A DNA stretch of 64,000 nucleotides, taken from the NCBI GenBank assembly GCA_049322915.1, contig JBMOPW010000020.1, forward strand, positions 238,006 through 302,005, in the 5' to 3' direction. The notes beneath the pieces are model-generated. The model ran no database searches, was not told the DNA's origin, and saw nothing but the letters and a program-made list of their open reading frames with translations. Source of the stretch: Candidatus Zhuqueibacterota bacterium. GTDB lineage: Bacteria; Zhuqueibacterota; Zhuqueibacteria; Thermofontimicrobiales; Thermofontimicrobiaceae. Within the stretch, counting starts at the first letter, position 1, and each line of letters begins with the position of its first letter. The translations under genes and the position numbers were made by a program. Shown piece after piece: positions 1 through 10,174 of the stretch.

Positions 1-304
1 CTCGGCAGTATTCGATACTGACGTCACTGCGAACACAATTGGTTCCTTTGAATTATATCAGAACTACCCCAATCCGTTCAACTCGGTCACCACAATCCGA
101 TTCAATCTGCCACAAGCGCAGAAAATAAATATTTCAGTGTTCAACGTGATTGGCCAAAAAATTGCAACTCTCATTGATGGATTTCTTAAAGCAGGCCGTG
201 GAGAGGTGCATTGGGATGCTGCGAACCAGGTGAGCGGAGTCTATTTCTATCAGATTAAATCCGATAACTATACCATGACCCGACGAATGGTTCTATTGAA
301 GTAG
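1..304 (+). CDS. 3' end of a secreted protein with T9SS type-A C-terminal sorting domain (partial, starts before the window)
   Basis: Frame starting at base 2 reads ...FELYQNYPNPFNSVTTIRFNLP...VSGVYFYQIKSDNYTMTRRMVLLK*, stop TAG at 302-304. Confidence 0.85.
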   Translation, partial: SAVFDTDVTANTIGSFELYQNYPNPFNSVTTIRFNLPQAQKINISVFNVIGQKIATLIDGFLKAGRGEVHWDAANQVSGVYFYQIKSDNYTMTRRMVLLK

Positions 305-339
305 CCATATTTCATCTCATGAAATAAGCGAAATTACCT

Positions 340-380
340 GCATGGCAGAAGGGACAACTCTTCTGCTGTGCTCATTTTTT
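340..380 (+). terminator. Rho-independent terminator
   Basis: Stem GCATGGCAGAAG / CTTCTGCTGTGC (two G-U pairs) followed by TCATTTTTT, just after the partial CDS. Confidence 0.65.
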
Positions 381-902
381 GATTTCTCCTGATCCTTGTG
401 CCGGCCTAAAAAAAGTTTCTGAGATCCCCAGTTTAGTCTTGTATAGTCTAACTTAAGCAATCATAAAATTTAAATGGATGAAGTTGTTGTTACGGTTCTG
501 AAGGTGTAATAACAATTTTGTATTTAATCCCAAAATATGTTAATCAATCTTAAGAAAAACTAGAGATTGTTCGATATATTAATTATAATAGGCCTTAATT
601 TTTAAAGCGTTAAGGGCCTGATTGTGTTAAACATCATATTTTTCAGTCATTAAAAAAATGTAATTATTAAGCGGGGGTAGAAGACCAATAAAAATAGCGG
701 ATTAGTAGAACGAGTTTATAGGGGTGGAAAAAGGAATATAGCTTGCATTTAAAAATTGAAATAATTACGTTATACGCATTCTGAAAATGCGTTCCCAACG
801 ATTCCCAAAGCTCGATAAGAAGAATGGAGCATTATCAATCGGCGATGAAAAGCGTGACATTAGTTTATCCTCTGAGAGAAAAGATTTTTACAACAACATC
901 GG

Positions 903-2396
903 GTGACCATGAACTGCATCGTGAGCTGCATATTTAAAATTAGTAGAAGGACATGTTGGGGGTTGATGATCCTGTTATTGGTCCATTCAAACGGATTAGC
1001 CCAGTTGGATCAATTCCATTCGTCCGGTCCGCATTTTTCCATGGCGGGATTGAGCGACAGCGGGATGATTTCGGATGACAAGAAAGAAAGTGATGACACC
1101 ATCCGTGAAATCAACCGGTTCACGTTGAGCGATTCCCTCTGGAGGATGTGGCAAGCTGTGGCAGATTCTCAATACGTCATTGCCAGAAAAGATTCGATTC
1201 AGGCGGAGAAGCTATTTATATCCGGAGCCAAATTAGCCCGCGAAGCATTTAATTCCATTAAGAATATCAATCGCAGCGAAATGGACTCCTCGGACGTGCG
1301 CAAGATCGAAGTGAAAGCAATCCTGCATTTTGAGCAGGCGCGCATGTATTTTGAACAGACCTTCAAGTTGAATCCTTTTGATATCAAGACGCAAAATTAC
1401 CTCATCTGGATTTTCCAAAACCTGGCTGAATTACATGCCCACTGCGACAATGCTACCCGCGCGATTACCATGCTGGAGTACCTGACTTACATCGTGAATG
1501 ACGATCCCGGGTTGTATTACAAATTAAGCCAGAAATATTTCAATGCTGGCCGCTGGGACAAGGCGCTGACGAACATCAAATCGGCGATTGAGTTATTATT
1601 GAATGATGACTGGAATAAAATTGACACGAACTACCTGTTCGGCCATTACTATATTAAATCAAATGCCGAGATTCAATTGAACATGATTCCGCAAGCGTTG
1701 CAGTCCCTGCAGTATGCCAAACTCATTGCCCCGACGCCGGTCGAAGCGAAGCGCATTCAGCAGAAAATTGATTGGATCAACTGGGACGATGGAAATCTGA
1801 CGGCATCCCGACGGTCCGACCAGTTGAATTACAAGGTGCAGCAGGGAGATTCAGATTATCTGACAATCAAAGAAGAGTACATGGACTTGCTGAACCAGGT
1901 GACTACGGAGCGCGCCAAACAGGACATCAACTGGAAGGTTGCTCAGTTGGAGTATTCGTTTCTTGACCAGAAATTGCTGGCAGCGGATAGAATGCGGGAA
2001 CTGGCAGAACAGATCCCACTGGATTCAACTGGACAGGCGCTTCGGCCCGAAGATCAGAAATACCTCGAAGATTATGGGATGATATGTTATAACCTGGGTC
2101 AGCAGCGCCTCCAGGAAAATGATCTCCGAAGTGCATTTGTTTATTTTTTCCAATCGGTCAATTTTCAATGGAGCGGTGTGGGAAAAAGCTACCTTCAACT
2201 TTCCAAGTTGACATCGCTGGATAATAAATCGTCACTTAAATATGCACAATCGGCGCTCGCACTGGAGGAGCAATTGTCCATCGATGAAAAGAATGACCTG
2301 TACTATGCCATTTACCTCGCCTATAAACGCATGGGCAGTTTTGATGATGCCCGACAATGGTTTCAAAAGTCAAGCAATTTAACGATGAGTCGGTGA
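903..2396 (+). CDS. Exported tetratricopeptide-repeat (TPR) protein, paralog 1
   Basis: Signal-peptide-like N-terminus; helical TPR-like repeats (LYYKLSQKYFNAGRWDKAL); shares WINWDDGN and INWKVAQLEY motifs with the next two ORFs; alternative start ATG 909. Confidence 0.8.
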   Translation: MTMNCIVSCIFKISRRTCWGLMILLLVHSNGLAQLDQFHSSGPHFSMAGLSDSGMISDDKKESDDTIREINRFTLSDSLWRMWQAVADSQYVIARKDSIQAEKLFISGAKLAREAFNSIKNINRSEMDSSDVRKIEVKAILHFEQARMYFEQTFKLNPFDIKTQNYLIWIFQNLAELHAHCDNATRAITMLEYLTYIVNDDPGLYYKLSQKYFNAGRWDKALTNIKSAIELLLNDDWNKIDTNYLFGHYYIKSNAEIQLNMIPQALQSLQYAKLIAPTPVEAKRIQQKIDWINWDDGNLTASRRSDQLNYKVQQGDSDYLTIKEEYMDLLNQVTTERAKQDINWKVAQLEYSFLDQKLLAADRMRELAEQIPLDSTGQALRPEDQKYLEDYGMICYNLGQQRLQENDLRSAFVYFFQSVNFQWSGVGKSYLQLSKLTSLDNKSSLKYAQSALALEEQLSIDEKNDLYYAIYLAYKRMGSFDDARQWFQKSSNLTMSR

Positions 2397-3862
2397 TGCG
2401 GAACGTTGGGATAGCCTTTCTGATAGCTACAATTCTTACCTCATGCGCGGTAAATCGCTCGCTGAATACAGAACAAAAATCCAGGCACGTTTCAACTGAG
2501 GTTGTGCATTTTCCGGGCGTGGATAGCACAGTCGCCCGCGAGGCGCTGAACTACGCCGATCGCATCCTTGCTGATGCCGCACAGATGGATGCCGCTGACT
2601 CTTTATATCAACGGGCGAAAATTTCATTTGAATGTGCAGACACGCTGTCTTTGGCGCTGCGCCATTCAAAAGAGCATGATCCCATTGGTGAGAATCTGTG
2701 CCATCGTTGGATCAACCAAATCGGACTCTCAGGCAAAACGCGAAACCTATTTCTGAAGCTCAATTCCAGGCGTAAGCTAGAATACATTTTTACAAATGCG
2801 AACGAGGATGCGGCTCAGGCGAAGCTGCTCAATCCATTCAATCTGAACACGCGGGGACTCCTTGTCCAGATAAATATGATGCTGGGCAATCTCACCAATC
2901 GTAACGATTATTACTTGGTTGCTGTGAATGAAATTGAAAATTTGCTGCTGGTCGATAAGAGCAATCCCGATGTGTACACGCGGTTGGCCGAATGCCATTA
3001 TGCACTGGGCAATTGGGCGAAATGCGATGAGAGTTTTCGGGAAGCGGAAAAGGTGCTTCACGTCGTCGCCCAGTTTAAAATGATTGAAGAACCTGGCAGC
3101 AGCAACGACGTGGATACATCGAAATGGGTGTACCTGCTTCGGGGACAGGGCGAAGCCAGAGCGAAAATGTACGATGCCGAAGGCGCAATTGGCTTTCTCA
3201 CCCGGGCGTATGAACTCACCGACTCCGAGTCGTTGCGAACTGAATTGACGAATTACCTGTCCTGGATAAAATGGGATGAGGGGAATATTCGCGCATCGGA
3301 ATTGCGCGATGAAGTTGTTGAACTGGAACAGCATGCGGACTATAAACAGGCGAGTGAGAAATACATCGACCTGTTGAATCACCTGAAAACCCAGCGCACC
3401 AGAAATGAGATCAATTGGAAAATTGCCTCTATCGAATATCAGCATCTGAATCGGGAGAAAGACGCTGTGGCCCGGCTTTTTAGTGTGTTGAAAAATATTC
3501 CCGACGATGAAACGAATGTGCCGCGACATGAGCGCTTTCGCAAAGACTATGCTGCGATGTGCTTTTCTCTCGGCTTGAAATATTCCAGGATGAATGAAAT
3601 GCGGCTGGCCTATATCTACCTCAGGCAGGCTTCAAAAATTGAATGGGACTATCGAGCCAGGAGCTATCTGCAACTGGCATTATTGTCCCAGTCGAATCCC
3701 GAAGAGACAATACGCAACTGCACATTGGCGCTGAACGAGCGGGAGCAGCTATCCAGCGACGAGATTTACAAAATTCATCAGATGTTATTTGGTGCCCATA
3801 AGCAAAATGGCAATTACGACGATGCCCGGCATTTTCACAAATTGCTGGCGAACCATAATTAA
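2396..3862 (+). CDS. TPR lipoprotein, paralog 2
   Basis: ATG 2396 overlaps the upstream stop (TGATG); lipobox LTSC; TPR (VYTRLAECHYALGNWAKC); WIKWDEGN and INWKIASIEY. Confidence 0.8.
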   Translation: MRNVGIAFLIATILTSCAVNRSLNTEQKSRHVSTEVVHFPGVDSTVAREALNYADRILADAAQMDAADSLYQRAKISFECADTLSLALRHSKEHDPIGENLCHRWINQIGLSGKTRNLFLKLNSRRKLEYIFTNANEDAAQAKLLNPFNLNTRGLLVQINMMLGNLTNRNDYYLVAVNEIENLLLVDKSNPDVYTRLAECHYALGNWAKCDESFREAEKVLHVVAQFKMIEEPGSSNDVDTSKWVYLLRGQGEARAKMYDAEGAIGFLTRAYELTDSESLRTELTNYLSWIKWDEGNIRASELRDEVVELEQHADYKQASEKYIDLLNHLKTQRTRNEINWKIASIEYQHLNREKDAVARLFSVLKNIPDDETNVPRHERFRKDYAAMCFSLGLKYSRMNEMRLAYIYLRQASKIEWDYRARSYLQLALLSQSNPEETIRNCTLALNEREQLSSDEIYKIHQMLFGAHKQNGNYDDARHFHKLLANHN

Positions 3863-5344
3863 ATGAGTTCCATGAGAGAAATTTTCCTGAAAAGTCTGAT
3901 TTCAATTGTGTTGTATGCCCTGATATTCCTGAATGGCTGCGGGACGACGCGTCATCAGTTTCATGCCGGGGACGAAGGATCTGACCCGGTGGGAGTCGAT
4001 AGCCTCACCCTGGCCGAAGCGGATTCCATCATCCCGCATCTTTTTGTGAATTTTCACCATAAGCAAAAGTCGACCCAACTTTGCAATGACGGCGAACGTT
4101 CCCTCACAGCCGCGGATTCACTGTGGCAATTGCTGCGTACTGAAATCCGGGATTCGTCACAAAATTCCGACACAACATCGGAGACTATCCTTACCCGGGA
4201 GAAAAGGCGGCAGAGCCACGTCGAAGAGCTGACCAAATGCCTGGTTGCTGCGGAGAAAAATTTTCAGAAATCGATCGAGTTAAATCCATTTGCCCTGGAT
4301 TGCCGGGATGGTCTGGCTCGAACCTATTTTTTAAAAGCAGATGTTGAAAAGAATAATTCCAATTTCGTAAAAGCGGAGCAGGTGCTTCTTGAAATTCTCG
4401 AGCGTGAGAAGGGCGAGCATAACCTTTACTTCAATCTGGGGGAATGCTATTTCAAACTGGAGCAGTGGGAAAACGCATTTCAAAATTACAGTCGGGCAGC
4501 ATCTGTTTTTAGCCAGACAAAAGACTTTTATTTTGACAGCACCAGATCTGCCCAAGCGCAAGATTCAAGCGCCAATGCGCTCAACTTCACTTATCTCTAT
4601 TCGCAGGCAGTGTGCCTGTCCAGGATGTACCGCTCGGCCGAGGCGCTCGAAATGATTCGTCAGGCAAAAACCATGGCGGAGACAGAACAGCGCAAATCGA
4701 TTGCCGCGCATTTCGAGAACTGGCTGAATTGGGATAACGGGAATATTCAGTCCGCAGAGAAGAAAAACAACATCCTGAATCTGGTCAAAGCGGAGAAATA
4801 TACCGACGCTGCCAATCAATTTCAAACGTTGAAAGAATCGTTGTCGGACAGAGATGCCATTGATGAGATTGAATGGCGCATTGCCGGTCTTGAATTTCAA
4901 TATTTGAATAAGAAAGAGCAGGCGTGCGACCGGTTACTGCGCGTCATTCGCAACCGGGAAAAAACGGCTTCCATCGCCCTGTCAAATCAGGAGAACATGA
5001 GGCAATATCTGAAAGATTGCGGTGCGATGCACTACTACCTGGGGATGAATTACATTGAAAAAGCGGACTATCGGTCGGCCAAAGACTATCTGGCAGTCGG
5101 CGCAGAAATCGAATGGTCCGGCAAGTACAAATGCCAACTCGAACTGGCTAAGATGAACAAACACAACCCACAGATGTCGCTGGAACTGATTCAAAAGGTC
5201 CTGAGCGCAGATTCCAATCTCACTATTCCCGAAAAAATCGATGCGCTCCAGGTGAAGCTCAAAGTGTTGAAAAAATTAGGCCCGGATTACCTCCTCGAAG
5301 CAAAACAGACCTACCTTCAAATCAGAGAACTTCAGAAGAACTGA
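3863..5344 (+). CDS. TPR lipoprotein, paralog 3
   Basis: Abuts the upstream stop; lipobox LNGC; TPR (LYFNLGECYFKLEQWENAF); WLNWDNGN and IEWRIAGLEF. Confidence 0.8.
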   Translation: MSSMREIFLKSLISIVLYALIFLNGCGTTRHQFHAGDEGSDPVGVDSLTLAEADSIIPHLFVNFHHKQKSTQLCNDGERSLTAADSLWQLLRTEIRDSSQNSDTTSETILTREKRRQSHVEELTKCLVAAEKNFQKSIELNPFALDCRDGLARTYFLKADVEKNNSNFVKAEQVLLEILEREKGEHNLYFNLGECYFKLEQWENAFQNYSRAASVFSQTKDFYFDSTRSAQAQDSSANALNFTYLYSQAVCLSRMYRSAEALEMIRQAKTMAETEQRKSIAAHFENWLNWDNGNIQSAEKKNNILNLVKAEKYTDAANQFQTLKESLSDRDAIDEIEWRIAGLEFQYLNKKEQACDRLLRVIRNREKTASIALSNQENMRQYLKDCGAMHYYLGMNYIEKADYRSAKDYLAVGAEIEWSGKYKCQLELAKMNKHNPQMSLELIQKVLSADSNLTIPEKIDALQVKLKVLKKLGPDYLLEAKQTYLQIRELQKN

Positions 5345-5422
5345 TGCCGCTGGTATCGCGTTTGATTCGACCCTCCGTTGGAATATCAATCCCATGACTG
5401 TTTTTTATCCGAAATTTCCCCT

Positions 5423-5449
5423 GAACTTTTTAATTTTTGTATCGTCTAA
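5423..5449 (+). promoter_or_regulatory. ECF sigma factor (sigmaE/RpoE-type) promoter
   Basis: GAACTT-N16-TCTAA matches the RpoE-type consensus; about 125 bp upstream of the 5573 start. Confidence 0.6.
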
Positions 5450-5572
5450 AAAAGTAGTTCAGGAAAAAGTTGTCTATCCATTTGAAATAGTATGTGTTTC
5501 TTGGAATTAAATCATAAATAATTTCTGCGGAGTTAACAGATAAGACCCAATAAAATACAGGAGGAGAAGCTG

Positions 5573-6661
5573 ATGAAAACGAACAGATCATCTTTTTACC
5601 TGGCAACGCTGCTCATTTTTATGATGAGCTTTATTTTGCCGGGATGTTACACACAGCTTTCCCGGCCGCAAGTGGATACTCAGGATGAGTATTATTCGGA
5701 TGAAAACCGAAGTGAATACGATGCGGAAGAGGCCGAGGATTATTACGATGATGAACAATACGCCGACTCGACGGTGATTCAGGAAACGGATGTCTACATT
5801 CACAATTATTATCCTTACGGGCCGGGCTGGAATTTCGGGTATTATGACCCCTTCTATTACGACTATTATCGCTGGAGCTATGTTGGCTATTATCCAGATT
5901 TCTGGTGGGATCCGTACAGCCACTATTGGGGCCCGGGCTGGTATGTCGGATATAGTTATTACGATTATTATTACTGGCGCAATCCCGGCTATTATCACAA
6001 TTACTACGGTTACAACAATAAACCGGAGCGGGGAGCGATGAATCAGCGGGAATTCAATCGTCGGTCGCCGGGATTGGCAGATCACACGCGACGGGATGAG
6101 CCGCGAAATGTATCCCGCGTGGATCCGGCTCAAAACGTCAATCGAGCAGGACGAACCGATGCGGCATTGAAAAATCCAACCATTCGGGATGACGCTCGTT
6201 CCGTGAAACGGGCGGTGAAACAGACGCCCTCTATTACCACGCGTCCCAGGACGAAGGACAATAAAGCCATGGTCAATGATTTGAAAAAGCGGTATTCTGA
6301 AAATAAACGGAATAATACTGCGACGGACGCTCGTAAGACGATTCGGGTGAAAGATCAGCCGCGTCAGGTGAAGCAAAATGTGCAGCGGCCGAAAATAACA
6401 ACGGTTCCAAAATCTCGCAGCGATGCGTCTCGCAGCACGAATAAAAATAGCGCTTCTCCGAGCACATCGAATCGGAGCAGCGGAAGTACGTCCGACAAAT
6501 CCAATACACCACCAAGCGGCAGCAGTTCATCCGGCAAGTCCTATACACCGCGCAGCAGCGGAAGCAGTTCTGGCTCTGCCACACGAAGCGTTTCCGCGCC
6601 CCCGGCGCGAACGACTGAAACCAGTTCAACGACTTCTAAAGGTTCAACCAACAAAAAGTAA
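5573..6661 (+). CDS. Lipoprotein with acidic block, Tyr/Trp-rich block and Arg/Ser-rich disordered tail
   Basis: AGGAGGAG RBS; lipobox LPGC; YYDPFYYDYYRWSYVGYYPDFWWDPY segment; low-complexity SSGSSS tail. Confidence 0.8.
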   Translation: MKTNRSSFYLATLLIFMMSFILPGCYTQLSRPQVDTQDEYYSDENRSEYDAEEAEDYYDDEQYADSTVIQETDVYIHNYYPYGPGWNFGYYDPFYYDYYRWSYVGYYPDFWWDPYSHYWGPGWYVGYSYYDYYYWRNPGYYHNYYGYNNKPERGAMNQREFNRRSPGLADHTRRDEPRNVSRVDPAQNVNRAGRTDAALKNPTIRDDARSVKRAVKQTPSITTRPRTKDNKAMVNDLKKRYSENKRNNTATDARKTIRVKDQPRQVKQNVQRPKITTVPKSRSDASRSTNKNSASPSTSNRSSGSTSDKSNTPPSGSSSSGKSYTPRSSGSSSGSATRSVSAPPARTTETSSTTSKGSTNKK

Positions 6662-6681
6662 CTTTTACATTGGAGCTGAAA

Positions 6682-7971
6682 ATGAAAAAATGGATTATTT
6701 TTCCAATACTTCTGTTGGTCGGGTTGGTTGTTACATCCGCACAAGCGCAGACAGAAGCTTTCTTCCTGGGCCATATCACCGGTGTTGGTGGGCGCGCCCT
6801 CTCTATGGGTAGCGCATACCTGGCGGTTTCGGATGATTATTCGGCGACACTGTGGAACCCGGCCGGTCTCACGCAACTGCGACGGATGGAATTGTTCGCC
6901 TCAATGTCCAATTTAAAGTATCTGAACGAGTCCACCCTGGGCGAAGTGAAAAACTCGGATAAAACGACCAAGACCAAATTGAATTCAATCGGGTTCGCGT
7001 TCCCTGTCCCGACCTATCGCGGCAGCCTCGTGTTTGCCGTGGGCTATAATAGGGTACGTAACTTTGATTCCGGTTTTTCGTTAGGTCTGTACAACAGCTA
7101 TTACGGAGTGAATCAAGAATTTACTGAAATCGAAGAAGGCGGATTGAACAATTGGGTTTTTGCCGGCGCGATGGAAGTCACTGAAAATCTGTCCATCGGC
7201 GCATCGATGAATATCTGGCGCGGAAATGATGATTACTATTTGAATTTCTATGAAGAAGACATTGATGATGCATATTATTATGATAACTATTCCTACGATC
7301 AACAAATACTAACCAAGTACAACGCAGTGAATTTCAAGTTGGGAGCGCTCTATAGATTCGCCCGCTTCTTTAGATTTGCTGCCACCGTCGCCACGCCGGT
7401 GTCGATGAATGCCGAAGAAGATTGGGAGGAATTGACCTCGCAGGTGGAAGACGCCGACAGTCCGGATGAGGATTACCTGAACGATCAGTCCGGTAGCTGG
7501 GACTATGGCATCAAATTCCCGTTTGTATTTTCAGCCGGTGCTGCAGTCACTTTGTTGCCGAATATCGTGGTTTCAGGTGACGTTGAATACACGGATTGGT
7601 CCCAGACCCGATACACCAAAGAACCGCCGGTCGGCGACAGGTTCAGCGAGAATCTGGATTTCAAACAGAATTATGCCGCCACGACCACGTATCGGGTGGG
7701 AGCGGAGTTCACAGTGCCGTTGATCAATGCCCAGTTACGGGCTGGCGCAATCAGAATTCCCTCGCCGCTCAAAGACGCAACGTCCCAGCAGGATAGAAAT
7801 TACTACACCGTCGGTGGCGGGTTGTTGCTGGACAAACAAGTGAAAATCGATGTGGCATACATTCACGGCTGGTGGGAGAAAGCTGAAAGCTCTCTCTCCG
7901 AAGGCCTTGATCCTCTCAACGAAAAAATTACGTTTGATACCGTGTTTGCGACGTTGTCAGTTCGATTCTAA
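6682..7971 (+). CDS. Outer-membrane beta-barrel, OmpP1/FadL/TodX (PorV-like) family
   Basis: GGAG RBS before ATG 6682; signal peptide; hatch motif GRALSMGSAYLAVSDDYSATLWNPAGL; C-terminal Phe (TLSVRF). Confidence 0.85.
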   Translation: MKKWIIFPILLLVGLVVTSAQAQTEAFFLGHITGVGGRALSMGSAYLAVSDDYSATLWNPAGLTQLRRMELFASMSNLKYLNESTLGEVKNSDKTTKTKLNSIGFAFPVPTYRGSLVFAVGYNRVRNFDSGFSLGLYNSYYGVNQEFTEIEEGGLNNWVFAGAMEVTENLSIGASMNIWRGNDDYYLNFYEEDIDDAYYYDNYSYDQQILTKYNAVNFKLGALYRFARFFRFAATVATPVSMNAEEDWEELTSQVEDADSPDEDYLNDQSGSWDYGIKFPFVFSAGAAVTLLPNIVVSGDVEYTDWSQTRYTKEPPVGDRFSENLDFKQNYAATTTYRVGAEFTVPLINAQLRAGAIRIPSPLKDATSQQDRNYYTVGGGLLLDKQVKIDVAYIHGWWEKAESSLSEGLDPLNEKITFDTVFATLSVRF

Positions 7972-8001
7972 TTTACCAGTACAAAAAGCGATTTGTGAAT
8001 T

Positions 8002-8046
8002 ATCTCTGCCATCGAATCCCGGCTTCCGGTGGCAGGGATTTTTTTT
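8002..8046 (+). terminator. Rho-independent terminator
   Basis: Stem ATCTCTGCCATCG / CGGTGGCAGGGAT followed by a T-run. Confidence 0.7.
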
Positions 8047-8060
8047 AATTTCAAATTGAG

Positions 8061-10172
8061 ATGAAACGGATCAGTCCGCAAATAATATTCCTCACCTACC
8101 TGCTGCTCCTTATATTTCCTGCGCAGACTGCCGCCTCGGAAAAAACCAAACGGGCAGAGGCGCATTACCAGCAGGCCGTCTCGTTCTACCAGCAAAGCAA
8201 CCGCGATTCCGCGCTCCATCATCTGAAAAAAGCTATCTCGCTCAATCGAAAACACGCAAAGGCATACCACCAATTAGCCGTGCTGTTCATGGACGAGGGG
8301 ACTGTGCACGGCCGGTTCAAGGCGACTTTTGAAATGGAACGCGCTTTAAAACTGGAACCAAACAATCCGGAATTCCGCTATTCCTGCGCCCTTCTCAATC
8401 TCAAAAAAGGCTTGACCTTCGAAGCCAGGCGACAGTTCGAGAAAATCGTCGAGGCTGATCCGTACCATTACCAGGCTTATTTTCAACTTGCCGCTCTGGA
8501 AGAAGACCAGGTGATGGCCTACAAAGATATGATCAGCATCGATCCGGATCTGGATGGGATTATCTTCATGCAGTCCTTTGCCCTGCAAGCGCAACAAAAG
8601 GCCGCGGATTACTTCAGGCAGGCCATATCAGCGAATCCCCATTTTACAACGGCATACTATCGTCTGGCGCTCCTCTATTTTGAATTCCAGCAACTGGAGC
8701 ACATGATTCAATTATTGGAGAGCGCGGTGAAGATTATGCCGACGGATAAAAATTGCCATCTGTTTTTGGGATTTGCCTATCAGCACTCGCGACGCTATGC
8801 TGAAGCGGAACGCGAATATCATCTGGCCAGATCGCTCATGACGCACGAAGAGGAGTCAATTTTCGAATCGGTGGAGCCCATTCTGTCCCCGACTCAACTC
8901 AAACAGCTTCAGCGTCCGGGGCGCCCGGCTGATACAGACTCCCTGCTCGAAAATGTATGGATGAGCAAGGACCCGCTTTTTCTTACTGAATTCAATGAGC
9001 GGAAATTGGAGCACTTCAGTCGCGTGGCCTATGCAAACCTGAGGTATTCTTTTCCGGACAGGGGCATCGAAGGTTGGCAGACGGACCGGGGTAAAGTGCT
9101 GATTCGCTATGGCAGCCCTGCCTTCAAATATCGCACGCGACCGTACATCGGCGCGTTTGTCGGTGGCACCCGGAATCCGCTTCACCATTCGAAAGAGTAC
9201 TGGATTTATTCGGACTTTCATTTTATTTTCGAAGACCAGTATCTCTCCGGCAATTTCGCCTTTGCCTGGGAGGATGGGACGCAGCCCGATTTCAAATATG
9301 TGTATGAAGAGATGATCAAGGACAGACCTGATTTTTACCAGGTTCATCCTGACTCCGAGATGTTTGACGTGCCAATGGAGATCGCTGCGTTCAAGGGCGC
9401 GACAGGGAAAACCGAGTTGGAAATTTATTACGGCATACCGGCCGGGAAAATCCGGATGAAACAGCAACAGTTCCATTTGAAACAGGGCGTGTTTTTTTTC
9501 GATCCGGATTGGAAACCGGTTGTGAACAGCCGGGCGGATCTATTTCTGACACATGGCGACCTCATCGAAGTGGACAACAGCGCCTTTGGTGTGGGTCGGT
9601 TTCAGGCAGTTCTGGCGCCCGGCGACTATTTTTTCGCCATGGAATTTTTGGATCAAAATTCCAGGCAGTCAGCGACCGTTCATCAGGAGGTGGCCATCGA
9701 TTCGTTTTTCGCGGATCGATTTCAAATGAGCCACGTGCTGTTCGCCCATGATCTGAACCCACCCCGGACAGACTCGCTGCCGACGCGGGCGGATTTTCAC
9801 ATCATCCCCAATCCGCTCAAAACCTATGGGCCGGGACAGCCGGTGATCCTTTACTACGAAATTTATGGGTTGAGTCAGGATAATTTCGGAGCAAGCCGAT
9901 ATAGCATAGAGTATAAAATTGGTCAGGATAGCAAATCAATCCCCGGCTGGAGGAAATTTTTTACGGAATTGAAATTGCTGAAAAAGCGGGGAGAAGTCAC
10001 CTCCAGCTACGAGTACGCCGGAAATTCGAGAGACGATATTCAGTATCAGAGAATCATCCTGCCGCCGGACCTGGTGGGGAGGGTGCAACTCATCATTCAA
10101 ATCACGGATTTAATCGGCAATGCCACGATACAGCGGCAGGAACTGGTGACCGTCATCGACAGGAAAAAATAG
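8061..10172 (+). CDS. GWxTD domain protein with N-terminal TPRs
   Basis: Signal peptide, multiple TPRs, signature EHFSRVAYANLRY...EGWQTDRGKVLIRYGSP. Confidence 0.9.
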   Translation: MKRISPQIIFLTYLLLLIFPAQTAASEKTKRAEAHYQQAVSFYQQSNRDSALHHLKKAISLNRKHAKAYHQLAVLFMDEGTVHGRFKATFEMERALKLEPNNPEFRYSCALLNLKKGLTFEARRQFEKIVEADPYHYQAYFQLAALEEDQVMAYKDMISIDPDLDGIIFMQSFALQAQQKAADYFRQAISANPHFTTAYYRLALLYFEFQQLEHMIQLLESAVKIMPTDKNCHLFLGFAYQHSRRYAEAEREYHLARSLMTHEEESIFESVEPILSPTQLKQLQRPGRPADTDSLLENVWMSKDPLFLTEFNERKLEHFSRVAYANLRYSFPDRGIEGWQTDRGKVLIRYGSPAFKYRTRPYIGAFVGGTRNPLHHSKEYWIYSDFHFIFEDQYLSGNFAFAWEDGTQPDFKYVYEEMIKDRPDFYQVHPDSEMFDVPMEIAAFKGATGKTELEIYYGIPAGKIRMKQQQFHLKQGVFFFDPDWKPVVNSRADLFLTHGDLIEVDNSAFGVGRFQAVLAPGDYFFAMEFLDQNSRQSATVHQEVAIDSFFADRFQMSHVLFAHDLNPPRTDSLPTRADFHIIPNPLKTYGPGQPVILYYEIYGLSQDNFGASRYSIEYKIGQDSKSIPGWRKFFTELKLLKKRGEVTSSYEYAGNSRDDIQYQRIILPPDLVGRVQLIIQITDLIGNATIQRQELVTVIDRKK

Positions 10173-10174
10173 GG

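Noticed and set aside
732..771. Possible sigma54 promoter AGGAATATAGCTTGCA upstream of the TPR trio
   Set aside because: GG-N10-GC spacing fits but the -24 element is poor, and the same bases also read as a sigma70 promoter (TTGCAT-N17-TACGTT); ambiguous
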